A stretch of 64,000 nucleotides of DNA from Promethearchaeota archaeon (GCA_048940925.1 JBHLOC010000018.1:22501-86500); one strand, 5' to 3'. Positions 20,071 to 29,510 are shown, numbered from the stretch's first letter. A program made the numbers and translations. The notes: generated from the letters alone by a model not told the origin.

Positions 20071-21786
20071 ATGATTATTAATAATCAATCAAGAAAGATA
20101 AAATGGATAAGTATTTTTGCTGTAATTTTCATAATATTTGCTATTTGCCTTCCAGGAGCATTAAAATATGGGAACAGCAAATCTAACTCTGTTTTTAATC
20201 CAAATGATTCTATTAGAGATTCTAACAATACAAATTATTTTTCAAAGGAAAATTATAGTGAAATTCTTTCAACTGAAAAACATGGTTTAGGAAATATAAC
20301 TATAACTGACTTGATTTTTAATAGATTAGAATTAGGTATCTGTAGCAATAATGATACCTATCCTCTTCTTGCCAAAGATTTTAATTCTACTGCGATAAAT
20401 ATGACTATTGAAGGTTTTAAATTTATAAAAGTTGTCACACCAGCTAGGAATGACAATCTTGATGATTCTTTCCCCAATAAAAATAATATTACTGTACTTT
20501 TGAATGAATCTCTTTACTTTAAGTATAATAATTCAAAAACAGGCTATTTAATTTATCTTTCTCGTTTAGCAAAAACTCGTCTTATTGATTTCTATATACA
20601 GAATGGAACAAATAAAGTGAAACTTGAAGAAAAAACAGATTATCATTTTGATAAACATAATTTTATTGTATTTCACTATAAGGATTTTTTCCGCGAAGAT
20701 CCAACATTTAATTTTTCTGGCAAGATTTTTAATTTTTCAATGTATCTTATATGGGAATGGGATATATTTATAGAAAATTGGGATCTAGTCCAAACTAATG
20801 ATCTAATGGTAGGAAAAGCATTAGAAAATTACTCAGTTGATTATACATACAGTTTCAATTTAGTAGGAAAAAAGCATAACCAAAGCAATTTAGCTCCTTT
20901 TATTGATACAGATAATTTGTATGGTGCCTTGAGGATTGATTTATTTGATAAAGAGCTATTAAATGACCACATTTTAGAATTAAATAATGAGATAGTGGAT
21001 ATTAACACTCATTTAAATCCAAATAAAACTATAAATGTTTTACCATCTGATTTTTTTTTATTGAATTCTAGCAGTTTTAGATTAAATTTTACTACAATAT
21101 TCACCTTGAGATTTGTGGATCCTGTTGGAAGATTTTGGTCTATCGATAGACTTGTAGCAAAGCGGGATGTACGAGAAAGGATTTATTTTCCTTCCTTAAT
21201 TGCAGGACCAAAGCATTTTTATCTAAAATCTTTAACTTTTTATGAGCCTAGTATTCTTTTTGAAAATATGATTAGTGCTTATCCATTGTTCGAAAGAGAG
21301 ATGGATTATTATTATATAAATACATCTATACCGGGAGAAACGAAGTTGATGGTGAATATGCCTTTTCTGATTTTTGGAGAAACATGCCCTTTTAGCCTTA
21401 AGTATAATACTTCAACAACTTTGAAAATTATTATTACCGATACCATCCGTATGCCCTTAATAGGAGCAAAAGTTGAACTTTTTTATAATGGAGTAGAATA
21501 TGGAACATACATTTCAAATAATGAAGATCAACCAATACCGCTTGGAAACACAAATGAGAATGGTGAAATCATTCTAAATAACGTTATTATTGGAAATTAC
21601 ACTGTGAGAGTGTATTACAGAAATTCATTTATTAAGGAAGCCTCAGTCAATACTTACAAGGCAAGTAATTATGTGCGCACTAACATACTCCATTTTCCTG
21701 TCTGGATAGTGGTTTTTGGAGCCTTAAGTGGGACTTTTATAGCTATAGGTATGATATATTATCTAAAAAATAAAAAATTACGATAA
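20071..21786 (+). CDS. membrane-anchored extracellular protein with a C-terminal beta-sandwich (carboxypeptidase-regulatory-like) domain
   Basis: N-terminal signal/TM, many N-x-S/T sequons, PLIGAKVEL...TNENGEI...GNYTV, C-terminal TM with basic tail. Confidence 0.75.
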   Translation: MIINNQSRKIKWISIFAVIFIIFAICLPGALKYGNSKSNSVFNPNDSIRDSNNTNYFSKENYSEILSTEKHGLGNITITDLIFNRLELGICSNNDTYPLLAKDFNSTAINMTIEGFKFIKVVTPARNDNLDDSFPNKNNITVLLNESLYFKYNNSKTGYLIYLSRLAKTRLIDFYIQNGTNKVKLEEKTDYHFDKHNFIVFHYKDFFREDPTFNFSGKIFNFSMYLIWEWDIFIENWDLVQTNDLMVGKALENYSVDYTYSFNLVGKKHNQSNLAPFIDTDNLYGALRIDLFDKELLNDHILELNNEIVDINTHLNPNKTINVLPSDFFLLNSSSFRLNFTTIFTLRFVDPVGRFWSIDRLVAKRDVRERIYFPSLIAGPKHFYLKSLTFYEPSILFENMISAYPLFEREMDYYYINTSIPGETKLMVNMPFLIFGETCPFSLKYNTSTTLKIIITDTIRMPLIGAKVELFYNGVEYGTYISNNEDQPIPLGNTNENGEIILNNVIIGNYTVRVYYRNSFIKEASVNTYKASNYVRTNILHFPVWIVVFGALSGTFIAIGMIYYLKNKKLR

Positions 21787-21792
21787 ATTACT

Positions 21793-22119
21793 TTGATTGT
21801 TATTTTCTGTGATAATATAGAAGATTTTATTTTATTTTTAAAGAAACGAATAATGGATGAGATCTTTTATGAATTCAAAGAAATTACAAGTGATTCATTG
21901 TCAATTAAAGGAACTATTGAAATTGTGCTTCATTTTTTAGCTAAAATTGAAGAAATTATTGTACTTTATGAGACTAAGCAAATAATAGTGAAATCTAGTG
22001 ATTCTAATATTGATAAACAAGTAATTAACGCTTTAAAAAATATTTTTCAAGGAGTTGATGCCTCATTATCACTTGTAAAGGGAAAAATAAGAGAGATATT
22101 CCTAAGCTATTCTTCATAA
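21793..22119 (+). CDS. hypothetical protein
   Basis: 108-aa ORF directly after the previous gene; no recognised motif. Confidence 0.65.
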   Translation: MIVIFCDNIEDFILFLKKRIMDEIFYEFKEITSDSLSIKGTIEIVLHFLAKIEEIIVLYETKQIIVKSSDSNIDKQVINALKNIFQGVDASLSLVKGKIREIFLSYSS

Positions 22120-22158
22120 ATTTGAGGTAAAATAAGAGGAATATTTAATATTTTCATT

Positions 22159-23748
22159 TTATTTATGGTTGATTTGTTCCCCATATCCTATTAGTCGATA
22201 ACGCCTATTAATTATACGAGAAATAGCATATATGAAATCTTCAGGGGGACAAATAGGAGGTGTAAGTTTTATAATAACACTATTTTTTAAAATTTTCGTA
22301 ACAGTCCCACCTGTTTTTTCCGTTCCTACTACAAGTAATAATTTCTCTCCATGTTTGAGAGGTTGAACTTTCATTTGAACTTCAGATCCAATAACTCTAT
22401 CTAAAAGATTTACATTCAGCTCAACTTCGCTAAGAATTTTAGGTAATGTTCCTATTTTTCCAACTAAATGGCCAATTAGATGATCTCCTTTTGTTAACGC
22501 GGGATCTAATTTTGTACCTAACCCTATGAGACCTCCAGGTTTAGCATTTTCCAAAGGATTATTTCCTTGGCTTATACTTACAACCGTAGATTTTAATGGT
22601 ACATACTGATCTTTAACTCGTATCCCCGGGCTAATTTCGATTTGGTCTCCAACTATTATTTTTCCTTTTAAAACAGAGCCCCCTATTACACCACCTTTTA
22701 AATCCTTAATTTCTTTACCTGGACGATTGATATCAAAGGATCTCGCAATTAAAAATTGAAATGACTCCTCCTCTTTAAATTTTGGAGTAGGAATAACCTC
22801 TTCAAAAGCTCTTATTACAAGATTTATATTCGCCCCAAAAACTGCCGATAAGGGTATAATTGGAGCATTTTCAGCAACAGTTCCTTTTATAAATTCTTTT
22901 ATTTGTTGAAAGTTCTCTAAGGCTTGTTCTCGAGAAACAGCATCAATTTTATTTTGTAATATAATAATATTTTTTATGCCCGCAATATTTAAAGCCGCTA
23001 AGTGTTCCCGTGTTTGAGGTTGAGGGCATTGCTCATCAGCTGCAATTAAAAGGCAAGCCCCATTCATTAATGATGCACCACTTAACATAGTTGCCATTAA
23101 TATCTCATGACCAGGCGCATCAACAAATGAGATATTTCTTCTAAATTCTAGATTTCCTTTACATTTTGGGCAAGAGAATCGAGCTTGTCCTTTTTCTCTA
23201 TCTTTTTCTGCAAGATAAGCCGTTGTATATTCATTACATTCGGAACAATAAAGAATTGAGGCATTAGAATACCCTAACTTTATTGAAATTCCTCTTTCTT
23301 GCTCTTCTGAGTGGCGATCAGTCCAATCTCCAGTTAGGGCTTTTACTAGGGTTGTCTATATGTTTCATGAAGGATTCCTTCAAAAAATTCCATGATCAAC
23401 ATGCCCTACAAGCCCTATATTACATTCTGCTTGTTGTTTGATTAATTCTTTTATCTTCTTAGCTTTCTCTTTCGAAACTGGCTTTGCTTTAGGTTTAGAT
23501 ATCGTTTCTTCTTTAATTATTTCTTTCACTTCATCAGATTGTTCTATTTTTTGACTTTTCTTTAGAATTTTTTTAGCATTTGTAATATACTTCTCTGCTG
23601 TTGCTTTTCCAACACCTTTTATTTTTAGCTTTAATAAATCCTTGGGTTCAGCATTTGCAAGTTTTTCAACAGAATCAATATTAGCAGCCTTTAATCTTTC
23701 TGCTGTTGCTTTTCCAATTCCACTTACATCTTCCAATTTATATGACAT
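22159..23748 (-). CDS. eif2g: translation initiation factor aIF2 gamma with N-terminal helix-hairpin-helix extension; two exons join(23748..23388,23357..22159), 519 aa
   Basis: Exon 1 ends QAECNIGLVGHVDHG-A; exon 2 begins [31 protein letters not shown], then CSEC/CPKC zinc knuckle, DAPGHE, QPQTREH, NKID, RSFDIN. No stop between 23357 and 22159. Confidence 0.93.
23358..23387 (-). other. 30-nt bulge-helix-bulge-type intron in aIF2-gamma mRNA
   Basis: Removing TTTTTTGAAGGAATCCTTCATGAAACATAT restores GGA AAG ACA ACC (GKTT). Both junctions fall after the 2nd nt of 3-nt bulges around a 4-nt central helix. Confidence 0.85.
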
Positions 23749-23877
23749 TATAGTTTTATTTTATATTATTTAGGTCCTATATATCTAGTTTCCTAAGAAC
23801 AATTAAGCTAGTATTTTTTATTAAATTATTCAATATATTGACTACTTTAAAAAGAATTAACTTTAAGATCAATTAAA

Positions 23878-24102
23878 TTATTTTGTTTTAATTGTTTTAA
23901 TCCCACCAGGTTTTTTTTCCATCTCTTTATAGGACACTCTTAAAAGGCTATCTACATAAAAAGTCGATAGTTTTTTACAGTGATTACACATAATATAGAC
24001 AGGTGCTGGATATTGAGTAGGATCTATATCATCCATCTCAATCTTAAATGTAATTTTAGCTTCACAGTGTGGACAAAAATTAAATCGGAGAGGCATATTC
24101 AT
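23878..24102 (-). CDS. small zinc-ribbon protein
   Basis: CPHC...CNHC. Confidence 0.7.
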   Translation of the reverse strand: MNMPLRFNFCPHCEAKITFKIEMDDIDPTQYPAPVYIMCNHCKKLSTFYVDSLLRVSYKEMEKKPGGIKTIKTK

Positions 24103-24194
24103 TTAATTTAATTTTATAATAAATAGATTCTTATTTCTATTATATTTATTTTAATATAAAATTAATAGTAAAAATTACCTGTTACTGATTCTAA

Positions 24195-26321
24195 ATGGCT
24201 AAAGTATTATTAAAAATAATTATTTGTTCATTTCTTATACTTCTGATTTCCTTTCCATTTTTAAACTTATTATTAGTTTATTATGTGGATAATTCAAATA
24301 ATTTAGAGTTTCCAGGAACAGATATTGATCTTAGTAATAACTCTAAAGTCGATTTATCCTTATTACCAAAAATTGATTATGAAGTATTAAATAACCTTTG
24401 GTATAATCCAAAGATCGAAATGTTGATTATAACACCCAATAGATCCGATTTCATAAATACTATTAAACCATTGGCAGATTGGAAAAATGAAAAAGGTGTA
24501 AAGACGATTATCTTAAGTAATTATTCATTATATAATGGTGTGGATGATGCTAATTCTATTAGAAATATGATAAAAACTTACTATGAAAAAGAAAATATTA
24601 AATGGGTTCTTTTAGCTGGTGATGCCCAAGATGATTTGATCCCTATTAGAAAGGTTTATAATCCCGATGTATTAAGATGGGGTGAGGGAGCTAAAGAATC
24701 GATTCCAGGTGATTATTATAAACCAACTGATTTTTATTATGCGGATCTCACAGGCAGTTGGGATAGTGATGGTGATGGAAACTGGGGAGAGGCTCCTCAA
24801 GATAATACTTATGGTTTAGATGAGATCTCATGGATTCCTGAAGTCTATGTTGGTCGCTTTCCAGCTGATACAGCTAATGAACTTGAAATTTTGGTAAACA
24901 AAACATTAAATTATGAAGTGGATCCTAATATTGGTAATTGGATGAATAGAATGCTTTTAGCGGGCGGGATATCTAGTTATGTTCCCCAAGAATATGAAAG
25001 CCGCTTAACAGATTACATTATCCAAAATTATGCTAAATCTGAAATGAATTATACTCATTTAGTAGAAGAAGATGGTAACCTTACACAATCAAGTCTCAAA
25101 AATTATTTTAATCAGGGATACTCAACAGTAATAATGGCAGGTCATGGAAGCCCTACAGCTTTCTATCGAAATCCTAGTCGAGTAGGTTATTCATCTTCAG
25201 ATGCAAACTCAAGCTTGAATGCCTATATGCCGTCTTTAGTGTATCTCGATGCCTGTTCCACCTCTAGCTATGATTATAATGATAATAATTTAGGAGAAGT
25301 TTTAATAAATAGATTAAATGGTGGTGCTATTGGTACAATTGGAGCCCTAAGATTTAGTTATTATTTCGAAAATGATGATAATCTTGAAAAATTAAATCGT
25401 GGGAATGCGAAATTATTTTGGGAAGAATTTTTTCTTAATAAAAAATTTCAACAAGGTAAAGCATTGTATGATTCTAAGGTTTCTTACATAAATAGTGATT
25501 ATTATAAGAGAGGGGACGGATCTACTGATTATGATTTTGAACGTAAAAATATCTTAACTTATTGTCTTTTAGGTGATCCTGAAGTTGATATCTTTACTGA
25601 TCAACCAAGAAAAGCATTAGATCCATTTAGTGAAGATATTTATGCAGGTCAATTAGTTAGTCTTGTTATTAAAGATAAATATAATCAGATAGTTCCAAAT
25701 GCAAGAGTTCACTTTAAAACTGTAGATAACATATATTATACTGTATATGCGGATGCTAATGGAGTAGTAGAGTTTAGAGTTCCCGCACAAACCACTCAAA
25801 TATATAATGTGACAATTACGGGACATAATTTGATACCTTCCAATTTTAGTTTTTTAACATTAAGAGATAATACAATGCCAGAATTAAGCAGTGTAGATAT
25901 TGTTCCTCAAAACCCAAATACAGCAGATACTCTTTATTTCAATATCACAGCTTTTGATAATCTTTCGGGGTTAGAAAGTGTCTATCTATTCATTTCTAAA
26001 GATAATTTCAAACATTATTCCAATTATAGCGGGTCAAATGGAATCTTAGATAATGAACGCAGGTTTATGCTCGATATTGGTAAATTAAAACCTGGAAAAT
26101 ATTCGTACCTTATCACTTTAAGAGATTATGCTAATAATACAAAAATTTTTTATGATAACAGTTTTAAATTTACAATACCTAGACCTTTGATGGATTATAT
26201 ACTTCCTATTTCTTTAATGATAATAATAGGAGCTGCAGGAATTTCAATTTTTATCTTTTATGAGGGATTCCTAACCTATTTCAAAAAAATAAGAAATTTT
26301 GAAAAAAATTTATCATCATAG
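24195..26321 (+). CDS. C25 (gingipain-like) cysteine peptidase, membrane anchored
   Basis: LADWKNEKG, WVLLAGD, TDFYYADL, VGRFP, catalytic GHG and DACS, LLGDP; N- and C-terminal TM segments. Confidence 0.88.
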   Translation: MAKVLLKIIICSFLILLISFPFLNLLLVYYVDNSNNLEFPGTDIDLSNNSKVDLSLLPKIDYEVLNNLWYNPKIEMLIITPNRSDFINTIKPLADWKNEKGVKTIILSNYSLYNGVDDANSIRNMIKTYYEKENIKWVLLAGDAQDDLIPIRKVYNPDVLRWGEGAKESIPGDYYKPTDFYYADLTGSWDSDGDGNWGEAPQDNTYGLDEISWIPEVYVGRFPADTANELEILVNKTLNYEVDPNIGNWMNRMLLAGGISSYVPQEYESRLTDYIIQNYAKSEMNYTHLVEEDGNLTQSSLKNYFNQGYSTVIMAGHGSPTAFYRNPSRVGYSSSDANSSLNAYMPSLVYLDACSTSSYDYNDNNLGEVLINRLNGGAIGTIGALRFSYYFENDDNLEKLNRGNAKLFWEEFFLNKKFQQGKALYDSKVSYINSDYYKRGDGSTDYDFERKNILTYCLLGDPEVDIFTDQPRKALDPFSEDIYAGQLVSLVIKDKYNQIVPNARVHFKTVDNIYYTVYADANGVVEFRVPAQTTQIYNVTITGHNLIPSNFSFLTLRDNTMPELSSVDIVPQNPNTADTLYFNITAFDNLSGLESVYLFISKDNFKHYSNYSGSNGILDNERRFMLDIGKLKPGKYSYLITLRDYANNTKIFYDNSFKFTIPRPLMDYILPISLMIIIGAAGISIFIFYEGFLTYFKKIRNFEKNLSS

Positions 26322-26322
26322 T

Positions 26323-26880
26323 TTAGTGTTCTTGCTTTTCGATTTTATCTTTCTTCATTCTTAATAAGTATAAAATTGAACTCACACTCCCGAAAATACC
26401 TTGGATAATTAAGGCTAAAGATATTAATAAAACAGCTAGTAAATCCTTAAAAACAAATAGAAATATAATAATAAAAATTCCAGCTACTGTAAATTTCAAA
26501 ATAGAGGAAAGTTCGCTGAATACAATTTTCCAGCTTTTAGATTCCTTTACTCTCATTTCTAACTCTTCATGATATTTTTCTTCTCCAATTTCTTTTATAT
26601 ACCAGCTCCCTTCTATGTTATTTGCAAAAATTAAAATACTCCACCATAATATAAAGAAACTAAAATAAAAATCTAATGACCCTAATATTATAATAGGTAT
26701 TTGCATTAGAATCATTCCTTTCCAACCTACACGTCTAGCTATTTTGTTTGTTTCTAATTTCAATTCTTTAGAAACATATCTAGTGCTAAGTATATCAAGT
26801 AATCTTCCTATAAATGTTAAAAATGCATTTATCAAATATTGATACCAGTGTACATCACGTATAATTAATTGAAATATCAT
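26323..26880 (-). CDS. hypothetical membrane protein
   Basis: Four to five hydrophobic segments; AGGAG SD. Confidence 0.75.
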   Translation of the reverse strand: MIFQLIIRDVHWYQYLINAFLTFIGRLLDILSTRYVSKELKLETNKIARRVGWKGMILMQIPIIILGSLDFYFSFFILWWSILIFANNIEGSWYIKEIGEEKYHEELEMRVKESKSWKIVFSELSSILKFTVAGIFIIIFLFVFKDLLAVLLISLALIIQGIFGSVSSILYLLRMKKDKIEKQEH

Positions 26881-27035
26881 ATTCTTCAGCTCTCCTTGCG
26901 ATCTTCCTTTTGAATTTAATCTTTTTAATGAAAAACTTTTTTTATTACTCTTTATTCTTCTAACTACACTTTACCAAATAAGTAAAGATTTACATTGTAA
27001 ATAATAGTACTTATTAGATGGTAAAATGTGGTTTT

Positions 27036-27216
27036 ATAACCACATAAATATATAGCATTTTGCTAAGCGCCGGATGTTAAACTTATAAGTGTTGCAGGAT
27101 AGTACTGCAGTTGCGATCTGTGGGAAACCTCAAACTGTGAGTTCGCTCACGGTCATGGCTTTAAAGGATAATACCCGGTCCCATCCGAACCCGGAAACGC
27201 TTATTTATGTGGTTAT
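27036..27216 (+). repeat. inverted repeats and BHB-like processing stem enclosing the permuted 5S gene
   Basis: ATAACCACATAAATA (27036-27050) / TATTTATGTGGTTAT (27202-27216); TAAGCG (27064-27069) / CGCTTA (27198-27203); CCGG (27070-27073) / CCGG (27191-27194). Confidence 0.85.
27076..27196 (+). rRNA. rrf: 5S ribosomal RNA, circularly permuted gene (predicted 121-nt circular product)
   Basis: Canonical 3' half (GTTAAAC...AGTACTGCAG...CTGTGGGAAACC...ACTGTGAG, 27076-27141) precedes the canonical 5' half (CTCACGGTCATGGC...CCCGGTCCCATCCGAACCCGGAA, 27146-27196). Helix I is closed by TTCG. Loop C CCCATCCGAAC and loop E AGTA/GAAA are present. Confidence 0.9.
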
Positions 27217-27312
27217 TAATGACATTAACCTTTTGTTTCTCTAAAAATAAATTTTTATACGATTAATTATAAATCTAATTAATATTTCATAATAAATTAG
27301 CTGAAAACACAT

Positions 27313-27864
27313 ATGCCAAAAAAGTATATAGTTTTCTTTAAAACTATCGGTAGAAAATGGTTTCTATTTCTTATTATTATAATAATTATCGTGGCAATTT
27401 ATAACCCCATAGCTGCAATTTGGATGACTGGCATCACTTTAATATTATTCTTTTTATCTTATATTCCAGGAATATTATTTAAGAAGAAATTGCTCAAATT
27501 TATGAATAAATTTTTTAAAATTGAAGATGAATTAATAGCTCGAACATTAAAGAAACCCTTGAAAAGAATTCAAGAATATATGTTTGATTTTTCTCAAAAA
27601 CAAGATAAAAAGAAATGGTTGATTGTATTTCTAAATAAACAATATATATTTTACCATCAAAAAACCATTCAGGCATTTATGGATCTTTTCAAAAAAGGTT
27701 ATAGTGAGAAAGAAATTCTTGATAATCTAACTGATTACAAAATCGACATTAGAGCTGAGGTTAAAGCAATAAAAGATACTTTAATTAAACTTAAAAGAAT
27801 AAGTGAAAGAGAGATTTCTGTAAAAGAACGTTATGAAAAACAAAGATTTAAATCATCACTTTAG
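27313..27864 (+). CDS. hypothetical membrane protein
   Basis: Two N-terminal TM helices and a basic soluble domain. Confidence 0.75.
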   Translation: MPKKYIVFFKTIGRKWFLFLIIIIIIVAIYNPIAAIWMTGITLILFFLSYIPGILFKKKLLKFMNKFFKIEDELIARTLKKPLKRIQEYMFDFSQKQDKKKWLIVFLNKQYIFYHQKTIQAFMDLFKKGYSEKEILDNLTDYKIDIRAEVKAIKDTLIKLKRISEREISVKERYEKQRFKSSL

Positions 27865-27899
27865 AAAAGAATTAATTATAAAAAAGAAAAAAATAATAT

Positions 27900-28193
27900 T
27901 TAATCTATAGCTCCGAATTTTAGATCAAAACTATAATATTTTCGAACTGGTTTTTTAACATTCCAAACACAATTTAAACCTTTCTCGAACTGAACAAGAT
28001 CACCTTTCTTGAATTCTATTTTCTCTCCTGTATTTGGATCTGTTACTTCTACTTCTCCCTCAAGAACATAGCAAGTTTCAGTATCTCCATAAGACCAATC
28101 AAATTCACTTACTTCTTTACTCCACGTTCCCCAGGATTTAACATTTAATTTATCTAATTGCTCTTCGGACGGTACATTCTTTTTCATTTTCAT
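27900..28193 (-). CDS. cupin domain protein (DUF861-like)
   Basis: WGTWSKE...FDWSY...ETCYVLEGEV...GDLVQF..G..CVW.V..PVRKYY. Confidence 0.88.
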   Translation of the reverse strand: MKMKKNVPSEEQLDKLNVKSWGTWSKEVSEFDWSYGDTETCYVLEGEVEVTDPNTGEKIEFKKGDLVQFEKGLNCVWNVKKPVRKYYSFDLKFGAID

Positions 28194-28547
28194 TTTTAAC
28201 GCACTTAAAATAAAATTTCAATTATGTTTTATTAAATATTTTTTAAACAATGAATTGAGAGAAAATATTGTTCCTAGATTAATAAAATTTATTTTGAAAA
28301 TCAATATTAATGAATTATATTATCAAAAAAGAATAAAAAACAAAAAGAAAAAATTATTCTCATAAATATTAATTTAAGTTTAAAATTCTGATTAAGTAAA
28401 CAATATTAAATCAAAAAAAGATTATAATTATAACATAAAATTATTAATCTATTTTAAAAGCCTTTACATCTAATAATTAAGATAGCTCGGTCAAAAGTCA
28501 AAACAAGATTAGAAGATTATCCAAAAAAATAAAATGAGATAATTTCC

Positions 28548-29069
28548 ATGCCTAAGAAATTTATACTCAAGATCCTTACAGCGGGAGAAGGGGGTGTTGG
28601 CAAAACTACGCTCTTACATAGATACGTAGAAGGTAAATTCTCATCAGAAACGAAAATGACTATTGGAGTAGAGTTTTTTCTGAAAGAAGTCGAAATTGAT
28701 CAAAAACAATGCACCCTCCAACTCTGGGATTTTGGAGGACAAGAGAGATTTCGTTTTTTACTTGAAAGTTATGTATTAGGAGCGAAAGGTGCATTACTAA
28801 TGTTCGATTTGACTAGGATCTCAAGCCTTGAAAATCTAAATCAATGGATAAGGATCGTTCGAAAGGGAGATCCAAACCTCCCAGTCCTCTTTCTTGGTAC
28901 TAAATTGGATTTGGAAAATGAGATTCAGGTTGATGATGATTATGCAAAATCTTTTTTAAATGAATTTAATTTAATGGGCTTTTTAAAAATCTCTTCAAAA
29001 ACTGGTGAAAATGTTAGTGAGGCTTTTAGTATATTAACAAAAAAAATATTAGAGCGACAGACTTATTGA
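28548..29069 (+). CDS. Rab-like small GTPase
   Basis: GEGGVGKT, TIGVEF, WDFGGQERF, TKLD, SSK. Confidence 0.93.
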   Translation: MPKKFILKILTAGEGGVGKTTLLHRYVEGKFSSETKMTIGVEFFLKEVEIDQKQCTLQLWDFGGQERFRFLLESYVLGAKGALLMFDLTRISSLENLNQWIRIVRKGDPNLPVLFLGTKLDLENEIQVDDDYAKSFLNEFNLMGFLKISSKTGENVSEAFSILTKKILERQTY

Positions 29070-29072
29070 AAA

Positions 29073-29510
29073 TTGAGCCTCAATTTAATCATTATTGATT
29101 CTAATTTTATTCTTCTTCCTTTTCAATTTAAAGTGGATTATTTACATGAAATAAGGCACATTATAGAGGGTAAACTTAAGTTCATTATATACCAACAAGT
29201 TTTGAATGAACTTGAATCAAAGAAAAAAAGAGAATCTCGTGCTACTAAATTTATCAGGCTTCTTGAGTCAGGTTTATCATATTTAGACAAGCATAAAAGT
29301 GATTATGATTTTAATTTTTTGGATGATGTTAAAAACTCTGATGAGACCACAGATGATTTTCTATTGAGAAAACTAACAGGCTTAAAAAAGGAAGGTAATA
29401 TCCTTTATCTTGCTTCAAATGATTCAGAATTACGTAAAAAAGCAAGAGAACGAGAAATAAATACAATTTTCCTTAGGAAAAAAAAATATTTGTTTATAGA
29501 GAGAGTTTAA
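29073..29510 (+). CDS. PIN domain protein (Fcf1/Utp24-like)
   Basis: IIDSNF, VLNELE, TDDFL, ASNDSELRKKA, FLRKK. Confidence 0.82.
   Translation: MSLNLIIIDSNFILLPFQFKVDYLHEIRHIIEGKLKFIIYQQVLNELESKKKRESRATKFIRLLESGLSYLDKHKSDYDFNFLDDVKNSDETTDDFLLRKLTGLKKEGNILYLASNDSELRKKAREREINTIFLRKKKYLFIERV

Noticed and set aside
23356-23388. Selenocysteine/pyrrolysine readthrough or frameshift as the explanation for the aIF2-gamma break
   Set aside because: Both halves are already in the same frame, three stops would need recoding, and the result would put 10 extra residues in the P-loop with no Lys.
27130-27200. tRNA suggested by GTTCG and CCGAAC
   Set aside because: No cloverleaf; the motifs are explained by the 5S helix I cap and loop C.
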